From NCBI GenBank assembly GCA_009886115.1, contig VFJJ01000001.1, positions 1 through 64,000 of the forward strand: a DNA stretch of 64,000 nucleotides. Reading direction: 5' to 3'. Positions 1-8,889 of the stretch are shown piece after piece; positions within the stretch are counted from its first letter, which is position 1, and each line of letters begins with the position of its first letter. This DNA is from Actinomycetota bacterium. GTDB taxonomy: Bacteria > Actinomycetota > Acidimicrobiia > IMCC26256 > VFJJ01. The notes under the pieces are model-generated. The model saw only the letters and a program-made list of their open reading frames with translations. It was not told where the DNA came from and ran no database searches. The translations under genes and the position numbers were made by a program.

Positions 1-2
1 GC

Positions 3-812
3 GCTGCCGCTCGGGCCATGGGCGGCGAAGAGCGGCTGCGCAAGCACCGGGAGGCCGGCAAGCTCGATGCCCGGGCTCGCATCGCGCATCTCCTCGACGC
101 CGGGTCGTTCCACGAGCTCGGCACGCTCGTCGGCGGTGACGACAACCCGGCCGACGCCGTCGTGTTCGACGCCGGCTCGGTCTTCGAGGTGCAGCCCGAG
201 TTCGGTCGCTCGCTCATCACATCACTGTGCTGCCTGGGCGGGCGTCCGGTGGCGGTGGTGGCCAACCAGCCTCTCGTGCTCGCCGGGTCGATCGACGCCG
301 ACGCGGCCGACAAGGGGGCCCACTTCATCAGCGTGGCCGACTCCTTCCATCTGCCGCTGATCTTTCTGTCCGACAATCCCGGGGTGATGCCGGGGAGCGC
401 CTCCGAGCGGCGGGCCATCCTCCGCAGCGGGGCGCGGATGTACGCCGCTCAGACCCAAGCGACGACGCCCAAGGTCGAGGTCACCTTCCGCAAGGCCTAC
501 GGATTCGGCTCGATGGTGATGGGGATGATCCCCTTCGACGGCCAGTCGGCCGTGTTCGCGTTTCCCGGAGCCACGATGGGGGCGATGGGAGCTGCGGCCA
601 TGAGCCGGGCCCGAGGGTCCGACGCCGAAGAGGCCGCGCAGCTGCGAGACATGGAGGTCGAGGCGTCGTACCGATCGGCCGAGTCGTTCGGCTTCGACGA
701 GCTCATCGACCCCCGCGAGATCCGCGACGTCATCCTGCACTCGCTCGAACGAGCGCTCAACCGCCGGCGGGAGGCCCCCGGGCCCGTCGCCCGCATCGCG
801 ATCGTGCCGTGA
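3..812 (+). pseudogene. Acyl-CoA carboxylase carboxyltransferase (beta) subunit, 5'-partial, with a large in-frame internal deletion
   Basis: Frame is open from the window edge. The N-terminal GKLDARARIAHLLDAGSF motif joins directly at about 160 to second-domain sequence (VFEVQPEFGRSL, VANQP, DNPG, RKAYG); roughly half of a normal ~500 aa subunit is absent. Confidence 0.7.
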
Positions 813-857
813 ACGAACTCGAAGGCGGAAGGGACCCCTGAGACCATGGGACGTGAG

Positions 858-1628
858 ATGAGGCTGACGGGGAAGGTCGCGCTCGTCACCGGGGGCGCAT
901 CCGGCTTCGGTCGCACGACCTGCCTCCGCCTGGCCGAGGAGGGCGCCCGGGTCGTGCTCGCCGACCTCGACGAGGTGCGAGCCGACGAGACCGTTGCCCT
1001 CGTCGAGGATGCCGATGCGCAGGCCGAGCGAGTGGTGGCCGACATCTCGACGCTCGACGGGGCGAGGGAGGCCGTCGCCCGGGCCGTGGAGCGCTTCGGT
1101 GGCCTCGACGTGCTCGTGAACAACGCCGGCATCGCACAGGGCACCCCCCGCGACAGCTGGAATTGCGACGAGACGGTCTGGGACCGTGTGCTCCAGGTGA
1201 ACCTGAAGAGCGTGTACGCCTGCACCAGGGTCGCCGTCCCGCAGCTGAGAGCGCGAGGTGGAGGTTCGATCGTCAACGTGGCGTCGATCGCGGCGTCGGT
1301 GTCGGTCGGGGGCGCGGCCTACGCGGCGTCGAAGGGCGGGATCCTGGGCTACACCCGTCACATCGCCGCCGAGCTCGCCGCCGAGGGCATTCGCGCCAAC
1401 TGCGTGTCGCCCGGGTTCATGCGCACGCCGATGAGCACGGGTGAGCGCCAGGGGCTCTCTCCCGAGGAGCAGGACGCCCGCATCGCAGGCTTCGGTGCCT
1501 TGGTCCCGGCGCAGCGCGCCGGCTCGACGCTCGACATCGCGAACGCCATCGTCTACCTCGCCTGCGCCGAGAGCGCCTACGTCACCGGCCAGGAGATCGT
1601 GGTCGACGGCGGTTACCTGATCCGGTAG
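858..1628 (+). CDS. SDR family NAD(P)-dependent oxidoreductase
   Basis: TGGASGFG, NNAG, YAASK, PG and VDGG motifs; alternative ATG at 846. Confidence 0.95.
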   Translation: MRLTGKVALVTGGASGFGRTTCLRLAEEGARVVLADLDEVRADETVALVEDADAQAERVVADISTLDGAREAVARAVERFGGLDVLVNNAGIAQGTPRDSWNCDETVWDRVLQVNLKSVYACTRVAVPQLRARGGGSIVNVASIAASVSVGGAAYAASKGGILGYTRHIAAELAAEGIRANCVSPGFMRTPMSTGERQGLSPEEQDARIAGFGALVPAQRAGSTLDIANAIVYLACAESAYVTGQEIVVDGGYLIR

Positions 1629-1655
1629 CGAGTGGGGCATCGGCTACACCCCGGC

Positions 1656-1702
1656 TTCTTTGTGGCCAGGACCACTCCTGCAGTGACCGGGGACGCAAAG
1701 AA
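1656..1702. repeat. 47-bp imperfect palindrome, dispersed family B (copy 1)
   Basis: TTCTTTGTGGCC...GGACGCAAAGAA; 35/47 identical by manual alignment to 51831-51877; lies just after the SDR stop codon. Confidence 0.65.
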
Positions 1703-1879
1703 CTGGGGGATTTCGCGCACGCCCGGTGAAGAATCGCGAAGAATCCAGGCTGGCAGGTCGACGGTCCGATCTTCGTGTGCGCCAGCGCGGCATTCGGTTT
1801 CGGCACCGGCATCCTCGTGCCGAGCGGCTGCGGTCCGACGTGAAGACGACCCGACCCGAGCCGCTGTCTGACACCTGCT

Positions 1880-1910
1880 TTGACAACGCCGGAAAGCTAT
1901 AGATACTTTC
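1880..1910 (+). promoter_or_regulatory. Putative sigmaA-type promoter with overlapping inverted repeat
   Basis: TTGACA (1880-1885), 18 bp, TACTTT (1904-1909); GAAAG(C)TAT-AG-ATACTTTC imperfect palindrome at 1892-1910. Confidence 0.5.
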
Positions 1911-1973
1911 GCTGTCACTGTCGACCGTGCGCAGGGCACGGGTCAGTGTCGCCGAGGGGTCGAGGAGACCGCT

Positions 1974-2714
1974 GTGAACGAGAAGCTCTATCTCCATGAG
2001 TTCATCGACATCATCGGCCAGAACCGCGCCCAGTACATGCACCACATGACGGCGAACTGGTCGCCGGTGGGCCAGGAAGACCGCAACCAGCTCTGCTACG
2101 GCGTCTGGGGCGTGCTCGGCAGCACGGGACGCTGGCCGGAGGTCGTGAACATCTGGGAGCTCGAGGGCATCGACGGCGCGGTCGACTACTTCCGCTTCGA
2201 GCTCAACTCGCCCACGTTGCAGGACCCGCGGATGGCGAAGTGGTGGACGGCTGCGGCGCCGCTGCGATCGGGCGGGAACGACCGTCTGATGGTCCCCGCG
2301 CCCTGGACCCGTACGATCAGCGAGCTCTGTGCCGACGGGGTACGCGGTGAGCTCTACGCCCACGACCGCTTGATGGTGCGCCCCGGAACGTCGTCGGACT
2401 ACCTGGAGATGCTCCGCGAGCAAGGGATGGCGATCCACGCCCGCTACGGCTGGGAGCTCGCCGGGGCATGGGAGAGCCTGATGGTGGACGACTCGGAGTG
2501 CTTCGTGGTCTGGGCCATCCCCCGGTGGGAAGCCTGGGCCGAGTACGAGAAGGCCCGTCGCGCCGATCCGGAGCTGGCGGGATGGTGGAACGCGGCCCGC
2601 GAGGTGGTCACGTCGACGAGTCGCATCATCCTGATCGACTCGCCGTTGTGCCCGTTCAAGATCGGGCGCCAGCCGCGACGGTCCGATCGTACCCAGGCGT
2701 GGGACGAAGGCTGA
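1974..2714 (+). CDS. NIPSNAP-like (tandem dimeric alpha/beta barrel) protein
   Basis: Two repeats of the L-x-G-x-W...V/C-x-x-I/V-W pattern; GAGGAG RBS before GTG. Confidence 0.75.
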   Translation: MNEKLYLHEFIDIIGQNRAQYMHHMTANWSPVGQEDRNQLCYGVWGVLGSTGRWPEVVNIWELEGIDGAVDYFRFELNSPTLQDPRMAKWWTAAAPLRSGGNDRLMVPAPWTRTISELCADGVRGELYAHDRLMVRPGTSSDYLEMLREQGMAIHARYGWELAGAWESLMVDDSECFVVWAIPRWEAWAEYEKARRADPELAGWWNAAREVVTSTSRIILIDSPLCPFKIGRQPRRSDRTQAWDEG

Positions 2715-2746
2715 CCCGCGAACGGCCGCCGATTCACTTTACGAAC

Positions 2747-2830
2747 AGACACGGCAGCGACGCCGCGAGACACGGCGGCGACGCCGCGAGACACGGCGGC
2801 GACGTCGCCAGACACGGCGGCGACGCCGCC
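2747..2830. repeat. Intergenic tandem repeat, 4 x 21 bp (AGACACGGCGGCGACGCCGCS)
   Basis: Units start at 2747, 2768, 2789 and 2810; no spacers. Confidence 0.9.
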
Positions 2831-2849
2831 AAACAGGGGAGCGTGAGTC

Positions 2850-3563
2850 ATGGGGTTGCTCGACGGCAAGGTGGCGATCGTCACGGGAGCCGCGCACGGG
2901 ATCGGCCGGGGCCATGCCCTGGAGCTGGCCGCCCAGGGTGCCACCGTCGTGGTGAACGATCTCGGTGGGTCGGTTGGCGGTGAGGGCACCAGCCGGGCCG
3001 CCGACGGCACCGTCGAGCTGATCCGCACCCGGGGCGGCACGGCCACGGCCGACTACGAGGACGTGGCCGACTTCGAGGGCGCCGGCAGGATGATCGCGCA
3101 CGCCGTCGATGCGCACGGACGCCTCGACATCCTCGTCAACAACGCCGGGATCGTACGCGACGCCATGGTGTTCAACATGACCGAGGCCGACTGGGACTCG
3201 GTGATCCGGGTGCACCTGAAGGGCACGTTCGCGCCGATCCATCATGCGGCGAGCTATTGGCGGGCGCGTCACAAGGCCGGCGAACGGGTCGCGGGCCGCG
3301 TCATCAACACCACCTCGGGGGCTGGGCTCTCGGGCAACGTCGGTCAGGCGAACTACACCGCGGCCAAGGCGGGCATCGTCGGGCTCACGCTCACGACCAG
3401 CATCGAGCTGGCCCGGATCGGCGTCACCGTGAACTGCATCGCCCCCGGCGGCGCCACCCGCATCTCGGCGACCGTGTCGGGGTTCCCCTCTGCGAAGGAG
3501 CCCGAGGAGTACGAGGGTTTCGACCCGATGGACCCGTCGCTCAGTCCCAGCACGGGTCTGTGA
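2850..3563 (+). CDS. SDR family oxidoreductase (HSD17B4/FabG-like), probably C-terminally truncated
   Basis: TGAAHGIG, NNAG, NYTAAK; ends at MDPSLSPSTGL without the usual VAWLAS...VTGQ segment. Confidence 0.8.
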   Translation: MGLLDGKVAIVTGAAHGIGRGHALELAAQGATVVVNDLGGSVGGEGTSRAADGTVELIRTRGGTATADYEDVADFEGAGRMIAHAVDAHGRLDILVNNAGIVRDAMVFNMTEADWDSVIRVHLKGTFAPIHHAASYWRARHKAGERVAGRVINTTSGAGLSGNVGQANYTAAKAGIVGLTLTTSIELARIGVTVNCIAPGGATRISATVSGFPSAKEPEEYEGFDPMDPSLSPSTGL

Positions 3564-3730
3564 TGGCGCGGGTGCTGGTGGCGCTCGTTGCTTCACGCGG
3601 TCCCAGCCGTGCCCGACGGAGTGTTCAGCGGAACAGCGTTCTCAGTTAAGGTCCAGTGCGTTCCGCATGGCCGCGACCGGCACGTCGCGCGCGTGCCCGC
3701 CCCGACGATCAGTCTGCCCACGGAGGCGTG

Positions 3731-4921
3731 ATGGATCTCGCGTACCGACCGATCGATGCCGACAACCACTACTACGAGCCGCTCGACGCGTTCACGCGCT
3801 ATCAGGACCGGTCGATGCGCAACCGTGGCGTGCAGATCCTCAACGAGGGCAAGCGGGCGTACATCGTGATCGGGGGGCGGGTCAACCGTTTCATCGCCAA
3901 TCCCACGTTCGATCCGGTGATCGTGCCGGGCTGCATCGAGCTCGTCTTCCGGGGCCAGATCCCCGACGGTGTCGACGCAGCGTCGTTCTCGCAGGTCGAG
4001 CCCATCCACCCCGAGTACCGCGACCGGGAGCATCGTCTCGAGGTGATGGACGAGCAGGGCCTCGCAGCCATCTTCTTGTTCCCCACGCTGGGCTGCGGGG
4101 TCGAGCAGGCGCTCCGCGACGACACCGGGGCCACCATGGCCTGTCTCTCGGCGTTCAACCGGTGGCTGGAGGAAGACTGGGGTTTCGGGTACCAGGACCG
4201 GATCTTCGCCGCACCCATGCTGTCGCTGGCCGACCCGTCCGGCGCCGTCACCGAGGTGGCGTCGTTGCTCGAGCGGGGCGCCCGGATGGTGCACATCCGT
4301 CCGGCCCCCGTCCCGGCGGCGGGCGGGCCGCGCTCGTTCGGCCATCCCGACCACGACCCGGTGTGGGCGATGCTCGCCGAGGCCGGTGTCCCGGTGGCGT
4401 TCCACCTCGGCGACAGCGGTTACCTGCGCTACGCAGCTGCGTGGGGCATGAACGAGAACTTCGAGCCCTTCGCCCGCAAGGCCGATCCACTCGAGTCGGT
4501 GCTGGTCGACGACCGCGCCATCTACGACACCATGGCGTCGATGATCGTGCACGGTGTGTTCCATCGGCACCCCACGTTGCGGGTCGCGAGCATCGAGAAC
4601 GGCTCTGACTGGGTGGCCATCCTGGCCAAGCGGTTGCGGAAGAAGGCCAACCAGATGCCCGGCGCCTTCCCCGTCGACCCGCGAGACGTGTTGCGCACCA
4701 ACGTGTGGGTGAGCCCGTACTACGAGGAAGACCTCCGGGCGCTGGCCGACGTCATCGGGGTCGGTCACATCCTGTTCGGGTCCGACTGGCCCCACGGTGA
4801 AGGCCTGGCCGAGCCGCTGCAGTTCACCAAGGAGCTCACGTCGTTCGACCACGACGACGACGTACGGCGGATCCTGCGCGACAACGCGCTCGACTACCTC
4901 GGAGCGACGGTCGCGACGTGA
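3731..4921 (+). CDS. Amidohydrolase family protein (amidohydro_2)
   Basis: IDADNHYYE, FH and FGSDWPH motifs; GGAGG RBS. Confidence 0.93.
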   Translation: MDLAYRPIDADNHYYEPLDAFTRYQDRSMRNRGVQILNEGKRAYIVIGGRVNRFIANPTFDPVIVPGCIELVFRGQIPDGVDAASFSQVEPIHPEYRDREHRLEVMDEQGLAAIFLFPTLGCGVEQALRDDTGATMACLSAFNRWLEEDWGFGYQDRIFAAPMLSLADPSGAVTEVASLLERGARMVHIRPAPVPAAGGPRSFGHPDHDPVWAMLAEAGVPVAFHLGDSGYLRYAAAWGMNENFEPFARKADPLESVLVDDRAIYDTMASMIVHGVFHRHPTLRVASIENGSDWVAILAKRLRKKANQMPGAFPVDPRDVLRTNVWVSPYYEEDLRALADVIGVGHILFGSDWPHGEGLAEPLQFTKELTSFDHDDDVRRILRDNALDYLGATVAT

Positions 4922-5012
4922 GTCGATCGATGGCTCGCAGTGGCCATGACCGGACGCCACCCGCAGTCGTGCGGCTCACGATCTCCGTGATCCCAGCCAG
5001 AAGGACTGTCAG

Positions 5013-6236
5013 ATGACGACACCCAGTTCCAGCGAGATCGCCGAGAACACCGATAACAGCGACGTCTATTACGACCCGTTCGACATCGAGATCGACAAGG
5101 ACCCGCATCCCTTGTGGCGGCGGATGCGCGACGAGTTGCCCCTGTACCACAACGAGAGGTACGGGTTCTACGCGCTCAGCCGCTTCGACGACGTCGAACG
5201 GGCGCTCGTCGACTGGGACACGTACCGCTCGGGCAAGGGCTCGACCCTCGAGATCATCCTCGCCGACATCGAGATGCCGTCCGGGTTGATCCTGATGGAG
5301 GATCCGCCTCGCCACGACGCGCACCGTGGATTGATGTCGCGGGTGTTCACGCCCAAGCGGATGAACGCGCTCGAGGACAAGGTCCGGGCGTTCTGCGCCC
5401 AGACGCTCGACCCGCTCGTGGGCTCGGGCGGGTTCGATTTCATCGCCGACATCGGCGCGTTCATGCCGATGCGCACGATCGGGATGCTCCTGGGCATCCC
5501 CGAGAACGACCAGGAGGCAATCCGCAAGCGCTACGACGACGGGTTGCGGATCGAGGAGGGCGAAGAGGTCACGGCGAGCGACTTCGGCGCCCAGAACGAG
5601 ATGTTCGGCGAGTACGTCGAGTGGCGATCGCAGAACCCGTCCGACGATCTGATGACCGAGCTGCTGCTGGCCGAGTTCGTTGACGAGACCGGCACCCAAC
5701 GGCGGCTCACCCGCGACGAGGTGCTCACCTACACGATGCTGCTCGCCGGGGCCGGCAACGAGACGACCACGCGCCTCATCGGCTGGACGGGCAAGCTCCT
5801 TGCCGAGCATCCCGAGCAGCGTGCCGCGCTCGTCGCCGACCGGTCGCTCGTCCCGCAGGCGATCGAGGAGATCCTCCGCTTCGAGGCACCGTCGCCGGTT
5901 CAGGCCCGCACGATGACGCGCGCCATGGAGCACCACGGCCAGACCGTGCCCTCGGGCAGCATCATGTTGTTGCTCAACGGTTCGGGCAACCGCGACGAGC
6001 GGCACTTCGCCGACGCCGACACGTTCGACATCCACCGCAAGATCGGCCACCACCTGAGCTTCGGCTACGGCCTGCACTTCTGTCTGGGCGCGGCGCTGGC
6101 CCGCCTCGAGGGTCGGGTCGCGCTCGACGAGGTCCTCAAGCGCTTCCCCGAGTGGGACGTCGACTGGGACAACGCCGAACAGGCGCACACGCCGACCGTC
6201 CGCGGCTGGGACCGCCTGCCCGTGCTCATCCCCTGA
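5013..6236 (+). CDS. Cytochrome P450
   Basis: AGNETT I-helix, EILR, FGYGLHFCLG heme motif. Confidence 0.97.
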   Translation: MTTPSSSEIAENTDNSDVYYDPFDIEIDKDPHPLWRRMRDELPLYHNERYGFYALSRFDDVERALVDWDTYRSGKGSTLEIILADIEMPSGLILMEDPPRHDAHRGLMSRVFTPKRMNALEDKVRAFCAQTLDPLVGSGGFDFIADIGAFMPMRTIGMLLGIPENDQEAIRKRYDDGLRIEEGEEVTASDFGAQNEMFGEYVEWRSQNPSDDLMTELLLAEFVDETGTQRRLTRDEVLTYTMLLAGAGNETTTRLIGWTGKLLAEHPEQRAALVADRSLVPQAIEEILRFEAPSPVQARTMTRAMEHHGQTVPSGSIMLLLNGSGNRDERHFADADTFDIHRKIGHHLSFGYGLHFCLGAALARLEGRVALDEVLKRFPEWDVDWDNAEQAHTPTVRGWDRLPVLIP

Positions 6237-6260
6237 ACCCTGAGTCCCCAGTCGGGGCAC

Positions 6261-7760
6261 CTACGTGTGGGTTGGATCGTCGTTGTTCGGGTACAGGGGC
6301 GCGCTCAGTGCAGCGCGGACGTCGACGAGCTCGATGCGGTCGTCACCGGCGGCGAGGTTCACCAGGCTGTCGGTGTACCCGGACTTTGACAGGAGCACGA
6401 TCCGCGGCCGGGCCGCCACCCTCAGGCCGCTCTGGCGCAACGCCGGGATCTTGAAGGTGTCGAGCTCACCGATGATGGCGGCCGTGAGCGGCCGATTGGT
6501 CCATTTCGCCTCGGCCACCAGGGTCACCCGTCCTCGCTGCGTGCCCACGGCGTCGATCTCCTCGGAGCTGCGCTGCCTGGTTCGGCGGAACTCGTTGGCT
6601 GCGCTTCCCCACCAGTTCCCATAGCGGGTGGCAACCTCGGCCCGGTTGGCCCGCAGCCACTCGAGCGCCCACGCCTCGAACACCGGGGCCACGTGATCGG
6701 CGAGCGCCGGAGCGACCTCGGCGTCGAAGAGCCCGCCGGCACTGAGGCCGGCTTCGAGGTCGGCTTGGAACGGGAACACGAACCGGAACCAGAATCGAAC
6801 GAACGCGTCGTCGAGCTGCCAACGGCCTGCCCGTGAACGTTGTCCGGCGCCGAACGGGTCCTTCTTCGACGCGAGCCTCAATTCGATGAGCGTGCCGAGG
6901 TATTTGGCGACCGCACCGGTGGTCATTTCGAGGGGTTGGGCGATCTCGTTGAGGGCTTTAGCGCCCGTGGCCAGCTGCTCGAGGATGGCGAAGTAGACGC
7001 GCGGCTCGCGCAGCTCCTGCTCCACGATGGTTCGACCCTCGTTCCACATCGGTGCGTTCCGGTCGAGCACGTTGCGGCACACCGCATCGCGCAGGCGACC
7101 TCGCGCCAGCTTGTCGAGGTACATCGGCATTCCACCAGATATGGCGAAGCGTTCGAATGCGTCCACCGGGTCGAGCCCGGTCAGGAACGGGGCGGCGTCG
7201 CCGAAGGCGAGCGGCCGCACCGACAAGCGCTGCAGCCGGCCGTGCATCGGGTTCTTCTCGCTGAACAGCGACTCCATCTGCCCGACATGGGAACCACACA
7301 GCACGAGCTTGATCCGGGAGTGATCGCGCTCGTCCTCCATCGCTGCCTGGATGGTGGTCAGGTCCCGGAACGCGTCGGCGGCCACGGGAGACAACAACCA
7401 GGGGAACTCGTCGATCACCACGAGCAACTTGCGGTCACGGGCGACCTGGTACAGGACCCGGACAAGAGTGGCGACGTCGGGCAGCTGGGGCCGGACACCA
7501 GCGAACGGCTCCAGGTCGGCTGCGAACCGGGTGAGCTGGGCATGCGCGGGCAGCTGCTCGGCAACCAGTACGAGCGCGTCCTTCCCGTGGGCGAAGCGCC
7601 GGAACAACCACGACTTGCCCACTCGGCGGCGCCCGAAGATGGCCAGCGGTTCGCGCTGGTCCGCCGCCCACCACGCCTCGAGGCGGTCGAGCTCCGCGGA
7701 CCGGTTGCGGAACTCATCGACCAGCGGCCACTGGTACCCGGTGTGCCCCGTGTCCTCCAT
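6261..7760 (-). CDS. ATP-binding protein: archaeal-type AAA/STAND ATPase + wHTH + DUF234/PD-(D/E)XK-like C-terminus
   Basis: Walker A GRRRVGKS, Walker B VVIDEF, LCGS, GGMPMYL, FVRFWFRF, EEIDAV...AEAKW. Confidence 0.9.
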   Translation of the reverse strand: MEDTGHTGYQWPLVDEFRNRSAELDRLEAWWAADQREPLAIFGRRRVGKSWLFRRFAHGKDALVLVAEQLPAHAQLTRFAADLEPFAGVRPQLPDVATLVRVLYQVARDRKLLVVIDEFPWLLSPVAADAFRDLTTIQAAMEDERDHSRIKLVLCGSHVGQMESLFSEKNPMHGRLQRLSVRPLAFGDAAPFLTGLDPVDAFERFAISGGMPMYLDKLARGRLRDAVCRNVLDRNAPMWNEGRTIVEQELREPRVYFAILEQLATGAKALNEIAQPLEMTTGAVAKYLGTLIELRLASKKDPFGAGQRSRAGRWQLDDAFVRFWFRFVFPFQADLEAGLSAGGLFDAEVAPALADHVAPVFEAWALEWLRANRAEVATRYGNWWGSAANEFRRTRQRSSEEIDAVGTQRGRVTLVAEAKWTNRPLTAAIIGELDTFKIPALRQSGLRVAARPRIVLLSKSGYTDSLVNLAAGDDRIELVDVRAALSAPLYPNNDDPTHT

Positions 7761-7882
7761 GCACATCATCCTAACCGCAAGTAGGGAACTCGCGAGTAGG
7801 CAAAGATACCGAGTGCGCTCGGGACATCCTCAGGGGCTGTGGGACGCCGGAAAACCGACCACCAGGTCACGCACTGTCCGAC

Positions 7883-8638
7883 CTAGCGGGCCAAGCGCCG
7901 CATGGCTCGCAGCCACTTGGCGTGGTCGTGGGCGCGGCCTCGGAAGTAGGTGAGCGCCTCCGGGTGGCTCAGGATGAGGAACTCCTCGGCCTCTATCCCG
8001 GCGAGAAGGATCTCGGCTGCCACCTCGGGTTCGATCGCCCCGTCGACTCCAGTGGCGGCGGGATCGGCGTCGTCGGGGGCTTGGGTGAGCATCGGGGTCC
8101 GGATGGCGAACGGGCAGAAGCACGACACGCGGATCCCGCGGTTGCCGTAGGTCATCGCCAACCACTCGGCCAGGGCCAGCGCGGCGTGCTTGGTGACGCT
8201 GTAGGGCGCGCTGATCGGGTCGGCGGTGAGCGCCGCGCCCGACGCGGTCGAGACGAGGTAGCCCTCACCCCGCTCGAGCATCGAGGGCAGGAGGGCCTGT
8301 GATGCATGGAGGTGCGCCATCACGTGCACCCGCCAGAGGTCGTCCCACACGTCGGGGCTCGACAGGCCGTTGTTGTCGCCGATCCCGGCGTTGGAGAAGT
8401 ACACGTCGACGCGACCGTGGCGGGCCTCGGTCTCGGCGATCGCTGCGTGCACGCCGGCCGCCGTGGAGATGTCGGCGACGACGCCGATGCCTCCGACCTC
8501 CCGAGCGATTCCGGCTACGTCGCCTGCGATGTCGACCACCGTGACGTGTGCGCCCGCCTCGGCGAAGCGTCGGCACACCGCAACGCCGAGCCCGCCGGCG
8601 CCGCCGGTGACGATGGCCACCTTCCCGGAGAGATCCAT
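7883..8638 (-). CDS. SDR family oxidoreductase
   Basis: TGGAGGLG, SNAG, YSVTK. Confidence 0.93.
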   Translation of the reverse strand: MDLSGKVAIVTGGAGGLGVAVCRRFAEAGAHVTVVDIAGDVAGIAREVGGIGVVADISTAAGVHAAIAETEARHGRVDVYFSNAGIGDNNGLSSPDVWDDLWRVHVMAHLHASQALLPSMLERGEGYLVSTASGAALTADPISAPYSVTKHAALALAEWLAMTYGNRGIRVSCFCPFAIRTPMLTQAPDDADPAATGVDGAIEPEVAAEILLAGIEAEEFLILSHPEALTYFRGRAHDHAKWLRAMRRLAR

Positions 8639-8889
8639 CACCGACCGTCCGAGCTCGTCGGGTCGACGGTCGCACAGCGGACCGGTGCGACATCGTTCTT
8701 CTGGCGCCTCGACCACTTCACCCGTCCCCCCTCCGGTCGCGTCGACGGCATCCTCGCTCCGGTGGCGAGAGGCGGCAAGCTAGCGGTGTCGGAGTGTCGG
8801 AGTCGCGGTGTGGTCACCGCAGCGGCAGCCACCGGCGCAGCAGCCGCCATGCGCGGCGGGGGTCGAGCGGACTGAGATCGGAGCACGAA

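Noticed and set aside
1705..1865. Riboswitch or ncRNA in the long intergenic region
   Set aside because: I recognised no conserved aptamer motif; an Rfam/Infernal scan would be needed.
2747..2830. Possible CRISPR array
   Set aside because: Units are contiguous with no unique spacers, and there are no cas genes in the window.
6238..7835. Terminal inverted repeats around the ATPase-DUF234 gene
   Set aside because: Only CCCTGAG and GCAC match across 23 bp; no transposase or target duplication.
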